Positions 1 through 8,830 of a stretch of 43,908 nucleotides of DNA are shown here, in pieces. The translations under genes and the position numbers were made by a program. Position 1 is the first letter of the stretch. Each line of letters starts with the position of its first letter. The DNA is from a virus (lineage: Duplodnaviria; Caudoviricetes), in IMG/VR virus record IMGVR_UViG_3300020599_000180, positions 1 through 43,908 of that record; one strand, given 5' to 3'. Under the pieces are notes generated by a model. It was not told where the DNA came from and did no database searches. It saw nothing but the letters and a program-made list of their open reading frames with translations.

Positions 1-1605
1 ATGGAGCGCTTCGCCGCCCTCGTCGATGCGCTCACCTATACGCGCAGTCGCAACGGCAAGCTCGCGCTGATCGCCACCTATCTGCGCGAAACGCCGGATC
101 CGGACCGCGGCTGGGCCTTGGCGGCGCTGACCGATGGGTTGGACTTTCCCGCCGTCAAGGGATCGACGGTGCGCAATTTGCTGATGGAGCGGGTGGACCC
201 CGTGCTTTTTCAGCTCTCGCGCGATTATGTGGGCGATACCGCCGAGACGGCGAGCCTGCTCTGGCCGGACAGCACTGCGGCTAAGGATCCGCCCTCGGTG
301 AGCGAGGCAGTGGATGCGCTACTGCGCATGACTCGCCTCAGTGTCCTGAGTAACCTCGCGGCCCTGCTCAACCGGCTCGACGCGCCGGGCCGCTTTGCGC
401 TGCTCAAGCTCGCCACAGGGGCCATGCGCATCGGTATTTCCGCCCGGCTCGCCAAGCTGGCCTTCGCGCGGGCCTTCGCAGTGAGCATCGACGATGTGGA
501 GGAATATTGGCACGGGCAAACCCCGCCTTATCGCGCGTTGTTCGACTGGGCCGCCAATGGCGCGGAGCCGCCTCATGCGCAGGACCTGCCGCTCTTCCGC
601 CCGTTCATGCTCGCCCATCCGCTGGAGGAGACGCAGGTCGACATGGCGGACTATGCCGCCGAGTGGAAATGGGACGGCATCCGCGTGCAGATCGTCCACG
701 CCGGCGGCGAGACGCGGCTCTATTCGCGCTCGGGTGACGACATCTCCGGCACGTTCCCGGAAATCGTGGCGGCCATGGACATCCCCGCCGTGCTGGATGG
801 CGAACTGCTGGTGCGCGGCAGCCATCAGGGCGGCCAGCGGGACGATGCGCAAGGGGGGGCAGCGAGCTTCAACGCGCTTCAGCAGCGCCTCGGCCGCAAG
901 ACGGTCTCAAAAGCCATGCTCGCGGATTATCCCGCTTTCGTGCGGCTCTATGACCTGCTCCTCCTGGAAGAGGAGGATCTGCGCCCGTTAAGCTGGGAGC
1001 AGCGCCGCGCGGTGCTGGAAGCGTTTGTACCCCGGCTCGATCCGGTGCGCTTCGATCTCTCGCAGATCATCCCCGCCGCCAGCCTCGACGAACTGGCGGC
1101 AATCCGAGAGCGCGCCCGCGACGATGCCATCGAAGGCGTTATGCTCAAGCGGCGCGATAGCCCCTATGTGCCGGGCCGCCGGACTGGCTTGTGGTACAAG
1201 TGGAAGCGCGATCCGCTACTCGTGGACTGCGTGCTCATGTATGCGCAACGCGGCAGCGGCAAGCGCTCTTCCTTCTATTCCGATTTCACCTTCGGCTGCT
1301 GGGATGGCGATCCGGACCAGGGCGCGGAGCTGCTGCCCGTCGGCAAGGCCTATTTCGGTTTCACCGACGAAGAACTCAAATGGCTGGACAGCCATGTGCG
1401 CCGCCACACCGTCAATCGCTTCGGCCCGGTGCGCGAGACGGACAAGAGCCTCGTCTTCGAGATTGCCTTCGATTCGGTGCATGAAAGCAAGCGCCACAAG
1501 TCCGGTCTCGCCATGCGCTTCCCGCGCATCCACCGCATCCGTGCCGACAAACCGGCTCATGAGGCGGACCGAATCGAGACGCTGCGCGCCCTAGTGAAGG
1601 ATTAG
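1..1605 (+). CDS. ATP-dependent DNA ligase (host)
   Basis: Adenylation motif EWKWDG, LDGEL, EGVMLK, WYKWK and C-terminal MRFPRI OB-fold motif. Confidence 0.95.
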   Translation: MERFAALVDALTYTRSRNGKLALIATYLRETPDPDRGWALAALTDGLDFPAVKGSTVRNLLMERVDPVLFQLSRDYVGDTAETASLLWPDSTAAKDPPSVSEAVDALLRMTRLSVLSNLAALLNRLDAPGRFALLKLATGAMRIGISARLAKLAFARAFAVSIDDVEEYWHGQTPPYRALFDWAANGAEPPHAQDLPLFRPFMLAHPLEETQVDMADYAAEWKWDGIRVQIVHAGGETRLYSRSGDDISGTFPEIVAAMDIPAVLDGELLVRGSHQGGQRDDAQGGAASFNALQQRLGRKTVSKAMLADYPAFVRLYDLLLLEEEDLRPLSWEQRRAVLEAFVPRLDPVRFDLSQIIPAASLDELAAIRERARDDAIEGVMLKRRDSPYVPGRRTGLWYKWKRDPLLVDCVLMYAQRGSGKRSSFYSDFTFGCWDGDPDQGAELLPVGKAYFGFTDEELKWLDSHVRRHTVNRFGPVRETDKSLVFEIAFDSVHESKRHKSGLAMRFPRIHRIRADKPAHEADRIETLRALVKD

Positions 1606-1740
1606 CGGACGAGGTCGGCAGGGCTGAAGCGGGCTCGCACTGGCCCGCGCACCCTCCGGCCGCCCATGATGTGTCAGGCCATCGTGTTGGGCGCGCGGGC
1701 CGTGCCGCTTTCCCGAATGGGGACTCAGACGGAGCGCGGC

Positions 1741-2058
1741 TCAGGCCGCCCAGCCGAAGCGCTGGGAACGCTCCTGGAGATGGCGGTAGTGCTGGATGCG
1801 AGTCTGACGCAAGCCCGGCACGCCATGCCGGTCGACCGCGCGTTGCCAGCCGGCGAATTCCTCGACCGACAGATTGTAGCGCTCGAGCGCCTCGTCAACC
1901 GTGAGCAGGCCGCCGGTGACGGCTGCGACGACCTCAGCCTTGCGGCGCGGTGTCCAGGGGCTGTTCGGCGAAGGCAGATCTTTGAGCGAGAGGGCCTGAC
2001 CCATGGGGCCCACGACCCAGGACGCGCGGGATGGAGACGGAGTCGATCCGGTGTTCAT
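1741..2058 (-). CDS. sciP: SciP / DUF1153 CtrA-inhibitor family protein (host)
   Basis: LSLKDLP...WTPRRKAEVVAAVTGGLLTVDEALERYNLSVEEF...GLRQTRIQHYR matches DUF1153. Confidence 0.9.
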   Translation of the reverse strand: MNTGSTPSPSRASWVVGPMGQALSLKDLPSPNSPWTPRRKAEVVAAVTGGLLTVDEALERYNLSVEEFAGWQRAVDRHGVPGLRQTRIQHYRHLQERSQRFGWAA

Positions 2059-2107
2059 GTTGCGATCCCTTATTTTGTGCTGTGTCAGCGGGAATCGCAG
2101 GACTTGG

Positions 2108-2123
2108 TTAGCAAGGCGTTAAC
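2108..2123. promoter_or_regulatory. Putative CtrA box upstream of sciP
   Basis: TTAG-N7-TTAAC, one mismatch to TTAA-N7-TTAAC; sciP is a known CtrA target. Confidence 0.55.
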
Positions 2124-2137
2124 CACGCGATGAACCG

Positions 2138-2155
2138 ATGCCCCGAAAGAGGCAT
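2138..2155. terminator. Hairpin, possible terminator downstream of the tRNA 3' remnant
   Basis: ATGCCCC-GAAA-GAGGCAT imperfect stem-loop. Confidence 0.4.
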
Positions 2156-2178
2156 TAAAAGTCCAGTCTGTAGGGGAA

Positions 2179-2202
2179 TGGTGGAAGGGGCTGAATTCGA
2201 AC
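2179..2202 (-). repeat. Probable att core: displaced tRNA 3' end (tRNA-Tyr-like)
   Basis: Minus strand reads GTTCGAATTCAGCCCCTTCCACCA (T-loop, acceptor strand, CCA) with no 5' tRNA half; sits at the host/phage boundary. Confidence 0.65.
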
Positions 2203-2255
2203 TGATTTCCGTTATCGGCGTAAAACATAGCTTTTCTCGAACTGATGGATTTGTC

Positions 2256-2277
2256 GATGACCCCGTGGATGACCCCG
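2256..2277. repeat. Tandem GATGACCCCG x2, likely integrase arm-type sites
   Basis: Exact 10-bp direct repeats at 2256-2265 and 2268-2277, on the phage side of the att core. Confidence 0.5.
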
Positions 2278-2278
2278 C

Positions 2279-2464
2279 CTAGGCGGCGGTCGCCATCCGC
2301 TCGGCAAGCCACTTGTCGATGTCCGATTCGCGCCATACGACGCTGTTGGGCCCGATCTGGATGTTGCGGGGGAACGTGCCCTGGCTCATCCAGCGGTAGA
2401 TCGTGCGCATCGACTTAGGCACGCGCTCGCGAACCTGATCGATCGTGAGGAGGCGCTCAGCCAT
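2279..2464 (-). CDS. AlpA-family excisionase/regulator
   Basis: [32 protein letters not shown]...[10 protein letters not shown], 61 aa, next to att. Confidence 0.9.
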   Translation of the reverse strand: MAERLLTIDQVRERVPKSMRTIYRWMSQGTFPRNIQIGPNSVVWRESDIDKWLAERMATAA

Positions 2465-2759
2465 TGGCGCTCTCCCCGGCCTTTTCGGCGCGGCGGCCGT
2501 CGTGGCCAGCGAACATGTCTTCCATGCCGAGCGCGGCCATATAGGTTGCAAGCAGCGCCTCGGCTTCCTGGCGGTCGTGGCTCTCCATCTTGCGCAGGCG
2601 GATGACGGCGCGCATCGTCTTGACGTCGTAGCCGGTGGCCTTGGCCTCGGCGTAGACATCCCGAATATCGTCAGCGCCGCCCTTCTTTTCCTCCTCAAGC
2701 CGCTCGATGCGCTCGATCAGCAGGCGCAGCTGATCGGCGGCGATGTTGGGTTCGCTCAT
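2457..2759 (-). CDS. gapR: GapR / DUF2312 nucleoid-associated protein
   Basis: [47 protein letters not shown]...YMAALGM. Confidence 0.9.
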   Translation of the reverse strand: MSEPNIAADQLRLLIERIERLEEEKKGGADDIRDVYAEAKATGYDVKTMRAVIRLRKMESHDRQEAEALLATYMAALGMEDMFAGHDGRRAEKAGESANG

Positions 2760-2905
2760 AGTTCCGTTCTCCATTGGCGGTTGGGCAAGCCGGCGCGCAG
2801 CGCACGGGCGGTCGCAAGCACGCGCAGGCGGTGCTCGGAGACGAACCGGCCGTCGCTATCGCGCAGGCGGGTGGCAGGTTCACGTTGGATGGGCTCACGA
2901 TTCAT
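2756..2905 (-). CDS. 49-aa hypothetical phage protein (not in ORF track)
   Basis: [49 protein letters not shown]; ATGA overlaps with both neighbours. Confidence 0.7.
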   Translation of the reverse strand: MNREPIQREPATRLRDSDGRFVSEHRLRVLATARALRAGLPNRQWRTEL

Positions 2906-3621
2906 GCTGCCATCTCCAGTGGTGTGAGAAGATCTTGGTGGGACGCCGCTTTCTCGCGCGGCGGGATCCAGTAGGTGGGCGCAAAGGGCTGGCCGGCTTC
3001 ATCCAGGAGCGGCAGGCGCCGCTTGTCCCAGAGCACCCACATGTAATCGACCTTGCCGCGCCGGTAGGCATCCTCGCCCAACTCGGCGATGACGTCGCCG
3101 GGCGGCATCGAGGGCCGTTCGCACATGACCCACACGCCGGCGGGGCAATGCTGGGAAAAGAGCGCGTAGCGGCCCTGACTGCTCAGCCACTTGAGCGGCA
3201 GCAGAGCGGCGACCTGGTGCGTGGCGATCTCCAGCGCGCGGCGCACGAAGCGCTCGGCGAGCGCCTCGACCTGCGCGCCATCCTGATAGGAAAATGGCGG
3301 ATTGAAAAAGATCGAGAGCGGGCCCGCCGCTTCCAGAAGGGAGCGCTGCCCGCCGATAAAATCATGCGTACCGAGGAAGTGCGGCGCCCCGCGATCGAAC
3401 AGATCGGTGCCGAAGGCCTCCATGCGCCGGCCGCGCAGTGCGCGGACCATGTTGCCCTGCCCGCAGCACGGATCCAGCACCGTCACCTCGCGGTCGATCG
3501 GCGCGAAGTCCAGAATGCGCTCGGTGACCCATTCCTCCTCGACGTACCAATCCCAAGGGTGGCGAAGCTTTTTCTCGCCTTTTTTGGCCGGCGCAACGCC
3601 GGTGGTGAGTTCGGCGCTCAC
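2902..3621 (-). CDS. Phage amino (N6-adenine-type) DNA methyltransferase
   Basis: SAM motif VLDPCCGQG and catalytic NPPF; GTG start overlaps upstream stop (GTGA). Confidence 0.8.
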   Translation of the reverse strand: MSAELTTGVAPAKKGEKKLRHPWDWYVEEEWVTERILDFAPIDREVTVLDPCCGQGNMVRALRGRRMEAFGTDLFDRGAPHFLGTHDFIGGQRSLLEAAGPLSIFFNPPFSYQDGAQVEALAERFVRRALEIATHQVAALLPLKWLSSQGRYALFSQHCPAGVWVMCERPSMPPGDVIAELGEDAYRRGKVDYMWVLWDKRRLPLLDEAGQPFAPTYWIPPREKAASHQDLLTPLEMAA

Positions 3622-3866
3622 GGGTGCACCGCCTTTCGGCCGGCCTGGGTGATCGTCCAATAGGTGTAGCAGCCAGGCCGCGTTTCGCTTCGCGTCGCGT
3701 AACCCCAGCGCTCGAGCCGGCGGAGCATATTGCGTACCTGTGGGCGGCAGCGCCTGCCGACGCACAAGCCGCAAGCTCTTGCGATCTCATTTGTGTAGGC
3801 ACTCTCGCGGGCCGCGAGCAGCGTCAGAGCGGTATGATCTGTGAGGGTCAGACGCATCGTATTCAT
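3618..3866 (-). CDS. Small winged-helix-like protein
   Basis: 82 aa, TNEIARAC...VRNMLRRLERWGY...WTITQAGR; coupled to both neighbours. Confidence 0.6.
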   Translation of the reverse strand: MNTMRLTLTDHTALTLLAARESAYTNEIARACGLCVGRRCRPQVRNMLRRLERWGYATRSETRPGCYTYWTITQAGRKAVHP

Positions 3867-5659
3867 GCGGCTAGCCTCCGCTCCGCGATTCCTGGCTGAT
3901 TGGCGGTCACCAGCGCGCGCGCGACGGGTGGGCAGACGCTGTTGCCGATGGCGCTGATCTGCTCGGCGATGGTGAGCGGCTTATGGACGAGCTTGCCCCG
4001 CACGATCTTGGGAACGATCGGATCGAGCACGTAGTCGTCTGGGAAGCCCTGTGCGCGCGCCAGTTCGCGCGGCTTGAGCATGCGCAGGCCGATATCGACG
4101 ATGACATAGGTCACAGCGTCAATGGTGACCGTAACGACGGCGAAGCGCGCCTTGGTCGTGATGGCGTCCAGCGGACGGTCTACAGCCTGGCTCTGCGCCG
4201 TCTCATTTTCGCCGTTGGTGCCGTAATATTTCACCAGGAAGGCGGCGACCTTGACGGCTCGCTCCATCATGTCGGGCGGCAGCGCGTCCTCTTCGATCAT
4301 GGTGGTTTCGACGACGCGCTGTTGTGAGCCAGTCGTGGTGACGGTGGAGAGCGGCCGTCGGGCATCGCTGCCGGCGGCGTTGACGTTGCGCGGGCCGCCG
4401 TTGGCCTGCTCGATGTGGGCGCAGACCACGGCATGGTGCTGGCCGCCCGCGCATGCCGTTTTCAGCGGCAGGTCCGGTTTACCGCGTCCGCCGTTAGTAT
4501 TGCTCGTGTAAAAGCTCGAAAGGAAGGCTGTGACAGCCGCCGTCTTACCTCCGCCACCTGCGGTTGTCGCCGGTGCAGGCTCATCGACGGGCGCGCCGAG
4601 CGAGTTCCCAAACTGCCGATCGAGATATGCCAGCTCTGCGCTTACCAACCCGAGCGGCATCGCACCGGCCGGGCGCTTAGGCTGCCCGTTGGCCGTGACG
4701 GTGGGCATCTCCTTGTCCATCGGAGACCCAACACTGTTGCTGTGGAACTTGGTGATGTGCGGCGCGAGCGTCACATCGGACAGGGCGAACTCGCCCCCGT
4801 TCGCTGTCGTGATCGTGCGAAGCGGCTCACTGGTCGGATGCACGCGCGGCGAATTCTGGCTGTGCGTCACCGGCACGATGTACGGCTCGGCCGCATTGAC
4901 CACATAGCGCATTACGCCATGGGCGATCCTCCGCATGGTGGCATCCTTGAGCGGCCGCGCACGGTCGAAGATCGACGGGCACGGGATCGACCAGTCGATG
5001 CACTCAGCCGCTGTTCGGTAGGGCAGCAGCTCGCCGGCCTGCACCGCAGCGGAATCACGCGGCCCGTGCGTCGGTTTCGGCCAGACGATGGGTAGGCCAT
5101 CGCGCCGGCCAATCACATAGAGCCGCCGGCGGCTCGTGGGCGCGCCATAGTCGCACGCCTTGAGCTTCCGGTGCTCGATGCGATAGCCTAGGCGCTGCCA
5201 TGTGCGCTTGAGGCGCTTGAAATCCTGACCGGCCAACTCTTTGACCGGAACGCCGTTTTCATCCAGCGGCGCCGCATATTCGTACTCCTCGACATTTTCG
5301 AGGTAAAAGACGAGGGGCATCGTCTCCTTGAGCCAGACCGTCACCTCGTTCGAGAGCGCCCGGATATGCCGGTCCTTCACCGGGCCGCCCTTCGCCTTGG
5401 AATACTCCTTGCAGTCCGGCGAGAACCAGGCGCCGGCAACCGGCCGCATCCGCGTGGCCGTGCGCGGCAGGAAAGGCGTGCGGATGTCGCAGCAATAATG
5501 CTGCGTATCCGGATGGTTTGCCTTGTGGATCGCGATCGCGCTGGCGTTGTGATTGACAGCGATATCGACGTTCCGGCCGATGGCCTGGGCGATGCCGGTA
5601 CTGGCACCCCCGCCGCCGGCAAAGCCGTCGATGAAGAGGGCGTCTGGCGGGAGCCTCAT
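3863..5659 (-). CDS. C5-cytosine DNA methyltransferase
   Basis: FAGGGG (motif I), SPDC (IV), ENV (VI), SRRR (VIII), ELARAQGFP (IX), IGNSV (X); ATG at 5659 coupled to upstream stop. Confidence 0.92.
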   Translation of the reverse strand: MRLPPDALFIDGFAGGGGASTGIAQAIGRNVDIAVNHNASAIAIHKANHPDTQHYCCDIRTPFLPRTATRMRPVAGAWFSPDCKEYSKAKGGPVKDRHIRALSNEVTVWLKETMPLVFYLENVEEYEYAAPLDENGVPVKELAGQDFKRLKRTWQRLGYRIEHRKLKACDYGAPTSRRRLYVIGRRDGLPIVWPKPTHGPRDSAAVQAGELLPYRTAAECIDWSIPCPSIFDRARPLKDATMRRIAHGVMRYVVNAAEPYIVPVTHSQNSPRVHPTSEPLRTITTANGGEFALSDVTLAPHITKFHSNSVGSPMDKEMPTVTANGQPKRPAGAMPLGLVSAELAYLDRQFGNSLGAPVDEPAPATTAGGGGKTAAVTAFLSSFYTSNTNGGRGKPDLPLKTACAGGQHHAVVCAHIEQANGGPRNVNAAGSDARRPLSTVTTTGSQQRVVETTMIEEDALPPDMMERAVKVAAFLVKYYGTNGENETAQSQAVDRPLDAITTKARFAVVTVTIDAVTYVIVDIGLRMLKPRELARAQGFPDDYVLDPIVPKIVRGKLVHKPLTIAEQISAIGNSVCPPVARALVTANQPGIAERRLAA

Positions 5660-5919
5660 GCGCAGATCCTTTCGGGATGGGCCCGCGCGATCGCGGCCAG
5701 GAGCGCGGCGGATGAGCGTGCGATGGCGACGGGAGCCTGGGCGACGTCGGCGCGGCTGATGCACATGTAGCCGATGACGCATTCGACGGATCGGACCGAG
5801 AAGCCGAGTTCTGCGGCGATGTCCTGCGGGTGCATGCCCTGATCGAAGCGGGCCATGACGGCCTCCTCCAGATCCGCCGAGCGCATGCGTGGCGAGGTGC
5901 GACGGTGCGGTGCCATCAT
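5656..5919 (-). CDS. Small HTH protein
   Basis: GMHPQDIAAELGFSVRSVE HTH pattern; coupled operon. Confidence 0.6.
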   Translation of the reverse strand: MMAPHRRTSPRMRSADLEEAVMARFDQGMHPQDIAAELGFSVRSVECVIGYMCISRADVAQAPVAIARSSAALLAAIARAHPERICA

Positions 5920-6176
5920 CGCTCTCCGTAACCCATGGCGGTGAGTGCCTTTTGGACCAGGTGCCAGACGTGGAGCGCCTGGCGGCGATGGCCGAGCACC
6001 TTGGCGGAGCGTTGGACCTGCCGGCGGTTCAGCTTCTCGGTCGAGCGGCCGTGATAGGTCTCGGCGCGATAGTGGCCGACCTGTTCCGTGCCGCCCTCGT
6101 TGCAGAGGGCCATGCGGGCCAGTTCGGTGGTCTCGCCGGTACGGGCGGACACGAGGATGACGCTGACGAATATCAT
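5916..6176 (-). CDS. Hypothetical phage protein
   Basis: MIFVSVILVSARTGETTELARM..., ATGA overlaps at both ends. Confidence 0.65.
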   Translation of the reverse strand: MIFVSVILVSARTGETTELARMALCNEGGTEQVGHYRAETYHGRSTEKLNRRQVQRSAKVLGHRRQALHVWHLVQKALTAMGYGER

Positions 6177-6640
6177 GCCGCCGCTCCCAAGGTGCCGGGG
6201 CTGCGGGCCAGCTCGGCCTGTTTCAGCAGCAGTTTCCCCACCCGCTCGGCATCGTCGGCCGAGAGGAGGAACGCATTGAGATCGGCCGCGTAGGCCCGCC
6301 GATCGAACTGGAGGCAGAGCTTGTAGCCGGCCTCCGCCGTCCTCATCAGGAAGACGGTCACCCAATGGTCATCGGTGGTGAGTTCCGAATGGCCTTCGGG
6401 GAACAGAAACGCCGGGTGCATGGCAAACATGTCCGGCAGATCGTCGGGCGTTTCCGCCGCGATGCCGGCGCTATCGAACGAGGGAGCGAAGGTTGCGCAA
6501 TCCGGGCAGCGTGTGACCGGGAAGCCCTCGAACCCCTTGTGCTCCACGATGGTCCAATCCTCGGGCAGATCGGCCGTAGGGCGGTTTTCCTGCCGCGCGC
6601 AATCGCAGCACACGAAGCTGTACGACGCGGCGGGCATCAC
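6173..6640 (-). CDS. Hypothetical protein with CxxC...CxxC zinc ribbon
   Basis: CCDC and CPDC motifs; start overlaps upstream stop. Confidence 0.6.
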   Translation of the reverse strand: MMPAASYSFVCCDCARQENRPTADLPEDWTIVEHKGFEGFPVTRCPDCATFAPSFDSAGIAAETPDDLPDMFAMHPAFLFPEGHSELTTDDHWVTVFLMRTAEAGYKLCLQFDRRAYAADLNAFLLSADDAERVGKLLLKQAELARSPGTLGAAA

Positions 6641-6831
6641 TGCGCCGCCAGGCAGAAGGCACCGGCGACCAGCCCCCACATCATCGGCAGCGCGACAGCC
6701 ACGAAGAGCAGCGCCTGGCCGGGCGTGGGCATATATTCGCGCCGCATGGCGCGGCACTTCTCGCAAGTGCAGTCGGCGAACTGCCGGCGCGGCTTCTGTC
6801 TTGAACTGGCATGACCGAACATTTGCGGCAT
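6637..6831 (-). CDS. Small membrane protein
   Basis: CTCEKC followed by one hydrophobic C-terminal helix; start uncertain. Confidence 0.45.
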   Translation of the reverse strand: MPQMFGHASSRQKPRRQFADCTCEKCRAMRREYMPTPGQALLFVAVALPMMWGLVAGAFCLAAQ

Positions 6832-6919
6832 TCCTTTCGGACAAAGCTGTCCTGATCCGGCGAACAGGGTCGCCGGGCCGGATCGTTGTGCGGATGGGTG
6901 GAGAGTGGCCTTCTGGCCG

Positions 6920-7297
6920 TCAGGTGGGCGGCATCATCGCCGCAATGAAATCGAGCAGCGGCGCGGGCGCCGTCTGCCCGAACTCATGGCCGGGCGGCTT
7001 GCCCACCTTCAGGTTGGCCGGCCGGAAATCAGGGTTGATGCCCGACGGCGCGAGCACATCGAGCACTTCCAGCGTCGCGCTCCAACGCATCGAGCATTCG
7101 TAGCGCGAGCAGTAATAATAGAGGATCCGCAGCCTCGGGCTGATCTCCTCTGACGTGCGCACATAGGCGCGGGAATCACAGGCCGGGCAGTGCACGACGG
7201 GCATGCGCTTCAACTGCCTGCGATGCTCGGCCGCTTCCGGCGTCTGCATGTGGGACGCGGACGCCTCCGCCGCCTTAACCGCTCCGGCCGTCTTCAT
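6920..7297 (-). CDS. ogr: Ogr/Delta-family zinc-finger late transcription activator
   Basis: HCPACDSRAYVRTSEEIS..LRILYYYCSRYEC, C4 zinc finger of the Ogr_Delta family. Confidence 0.85.
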   Translation of the reverse strand: MKTAGAVKAAEASASHMQTPEAAEHRRQLKRMPVVHCPACDSRAYVRTSEEISPRLRILYYYCSRYECSMRWSATLEVLDVLAPSGINPDFRPANLKVGKPPGHEFGQTAPAPLLDFIAAMMPPT

Positions 7298-7763
7298 CGC
7301 TTCTACCCCCGTCGAAAAACTCCGGCGCGCCCAACCTCGCGAGCAGCGCCGTCATGGCCTGGATGCTTTCCTGGACTTCGCGGACGGCCTCACGTCGCGC
7401 GCCAGGAGTGCCGTGCTCGACCGCGTGGAGCGCGGCCGAGACGGCTTCACCATTTTCTTTGACCGCTTTGCCCACGGCCTGGATCATGTCGGCCGAGCAG
7501 CGGCTGTGCAGGCCGGCGGTGAGTTGGAGCTGCAGCGCATAGCAATCGTGGAAAGGTGCGCCCTCGCCGCCGGCGCGGACATAGGCCGCGTCCAGGCGCC
7601 GGGCGCTCTGCAGCGAAATCTCGCGCTCGGCGTCAGGGTCCGAGAGCTTTCGCACCCAATTCTCAGAGACGCCCAGGATCTGGGCACAGACATCCCACCC
7701 GATCACGCGCGCTATATCGGTGAGCGCATCGGAGAACGTGACGGGCTGGCGGAGCTTCGTCAT
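7275..7763 (-). CDS. CII-like phage regulator
   Basis: N-terminal HTH (CAQILGVSENWVRKLSDPD) plus helical C-terminus; directly after cro. Confidence 0.65.
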   Translation of the reverse strand: MTKLRQPVTFSDALTDIARVIGWDVCAQILGVSENWVRKLSDPDAEREISLQSARRLDAAYVRAGGEGAPFHDCYALQLQLTAGLHSRCSADMIQAVGKAVKENGEAVSAALHAVEHGTPGARREAVREVQESIQAMTALLARLGAPEFFDGGRSDEDGRSG

Positions 7764-8077
7764 CGCGGCGCTCCTGCCTGGTCAAAAACGGGCTTCCGAT
7801 TGGACTGGCGATCCCGGCCGTCGCCCGACAAAGAGACGGCTCGGGGGTAGGAGGCAATATGATCGAAGGGATAGATATCGGGGCGCAGCAAGTGGCGCGA
7901 TACCCCCGTCTCAGCTTCGACCTTGAGCACGTGTTCGGCGGGAAGACGCTTCGAGGATTGAAGCCATTTCCACACACTAGGCTGCCTCACCCCACAAATG
8001 CGCGCGATCGCAGATTGCCCGCCGGCAAGAGCCGTCGCTTCCTGCAATGCTTCGAAAGGGGTCAGTTTCGTATCCAT
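7760..8077 (-). CDS. cro: Cro-like (YdaS-type) regulator
   Basis: GGQSAIARICGVRQPSVWKW...LPAEHVLKVEAETGVSRHLLRPDIY; divergent from cI. Confidence 0.85.
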   Translation of the reverse strand: MDTKLTPFEALQEATALAGGQSAIARICGVRQPSVWKWLQSSKRLPAEHVLKVEAETGVSRHLLRPDIYPFDHIASYPRAVSLSGDGRDRQSNRKPVFDQAGAPR

Positions 8078-8085
8078 ATCGAGAC

Positions 8086-8149
8086 CAATAGCTTTGGCTA
8101 TTGCATTGTCAATAGCGATACGTTCATTGCCTAAAATAGCCGTGGCTAT
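8086..8149. promoter_or_regulatory. cI/cro operators and divergent promoters
   Basis: CAATAGC-N4-GCTATTG (8086-8103), ATAGC-N4-GCTAT (8136-8149), half-site near 8112; TTGACA on minus strand at 8107-8112. Confidence 0.75.
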
Positions 8150-8161
8150 AGCGACGTGTGT

Positions 8162-8821
8162 ATGACTCTCGCAGAGCGACTCCGCACCCGGATGGAGGCA
8201 CTCGATATGTCTCAGGCTGAATTGGCCCGCCGCGTAGGGCTGAAGCAGCCAACGATATTCAAGCTTCTGAGTGGTGATTCCCGTGGCAGTGCCTATCTGC
8301 ACGTTATCGCGCGGGAGCTTGGCACCACGCCCGCCTATCTCTTGTGCGAAACAGACGATCCGACCGAGGGCGCTATCCCACCCCCAAGTCCTGCCGTTCT
8401 GAAAGAACAGCTCGATCTTGTCGAAGTTCGCGAGATCGACCTCAAGTTTGGCATGGGCGCCACTGATCTCGACGTACCGGTCACAACCGCAATGCGCCAT
8501 TTCTCCCGCGCATGGGTGCGGCAGTATACCCGCGCTTCACCGGAACATCTCTATTTCGCCCAAGGGATCGGCGACTCGATGTCGCCGACGATCCTCGATA
8601 GCGACCTGCTCCTGATCGACACATCGGAACGGTCGCTGCGCGTCTCAGATAAGATCTGGGCGGTGGCTTTCGGCAACAGCGGCATGGTGAAACGTCTTCG
8701 CCCCATGCCGGATGGATCGGTGAAAATCCTCTCGGACAACCCGACCGTGCCGCCGGACGTGGCGCATGACGGGGAAATGCATGTGCTGGGGCGCGTGGTT
8801 GGAATTGTGAGGAAAATGTGA
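8162..8821 (+). CDS. cI: CI repressor (XRE HTH + S24 autopeptidase)
   Basis: SQAELARRVGLKQPTI HTH; GDSM serine and VKRL lysine dyad. Confidence 0.92.
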   Translation: MTLAERLRTRMEALDMSQAELARRVGLKQPTIFKLLSGDSRGSAYLHVIARELGTTPAYLLCETDDPTEGAIPPPSPAVLKEQLDLVEVREIDLKFGMGATDLDVPVTTAMRHFSRAWVRQYTRASPEHLYFAQGIGDSMSPTILDSDLLLIDTSERSLRVSDKIWAVAFGNSGMVKRLRPMPDGSVKILSDNPTVPPDVAHDGEMHVLGRVVGIVRKM

Positions 8822-8830
8822 GGGGGTATC

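Noticed and set aside
7760-8500. 246-aa version of cro and other long upstream starts (5782, 3774, 18422, 22331, 37693)
   Set aside because: Extensions overlap neighbouring genes or promoters; coupled downstream starts fit better
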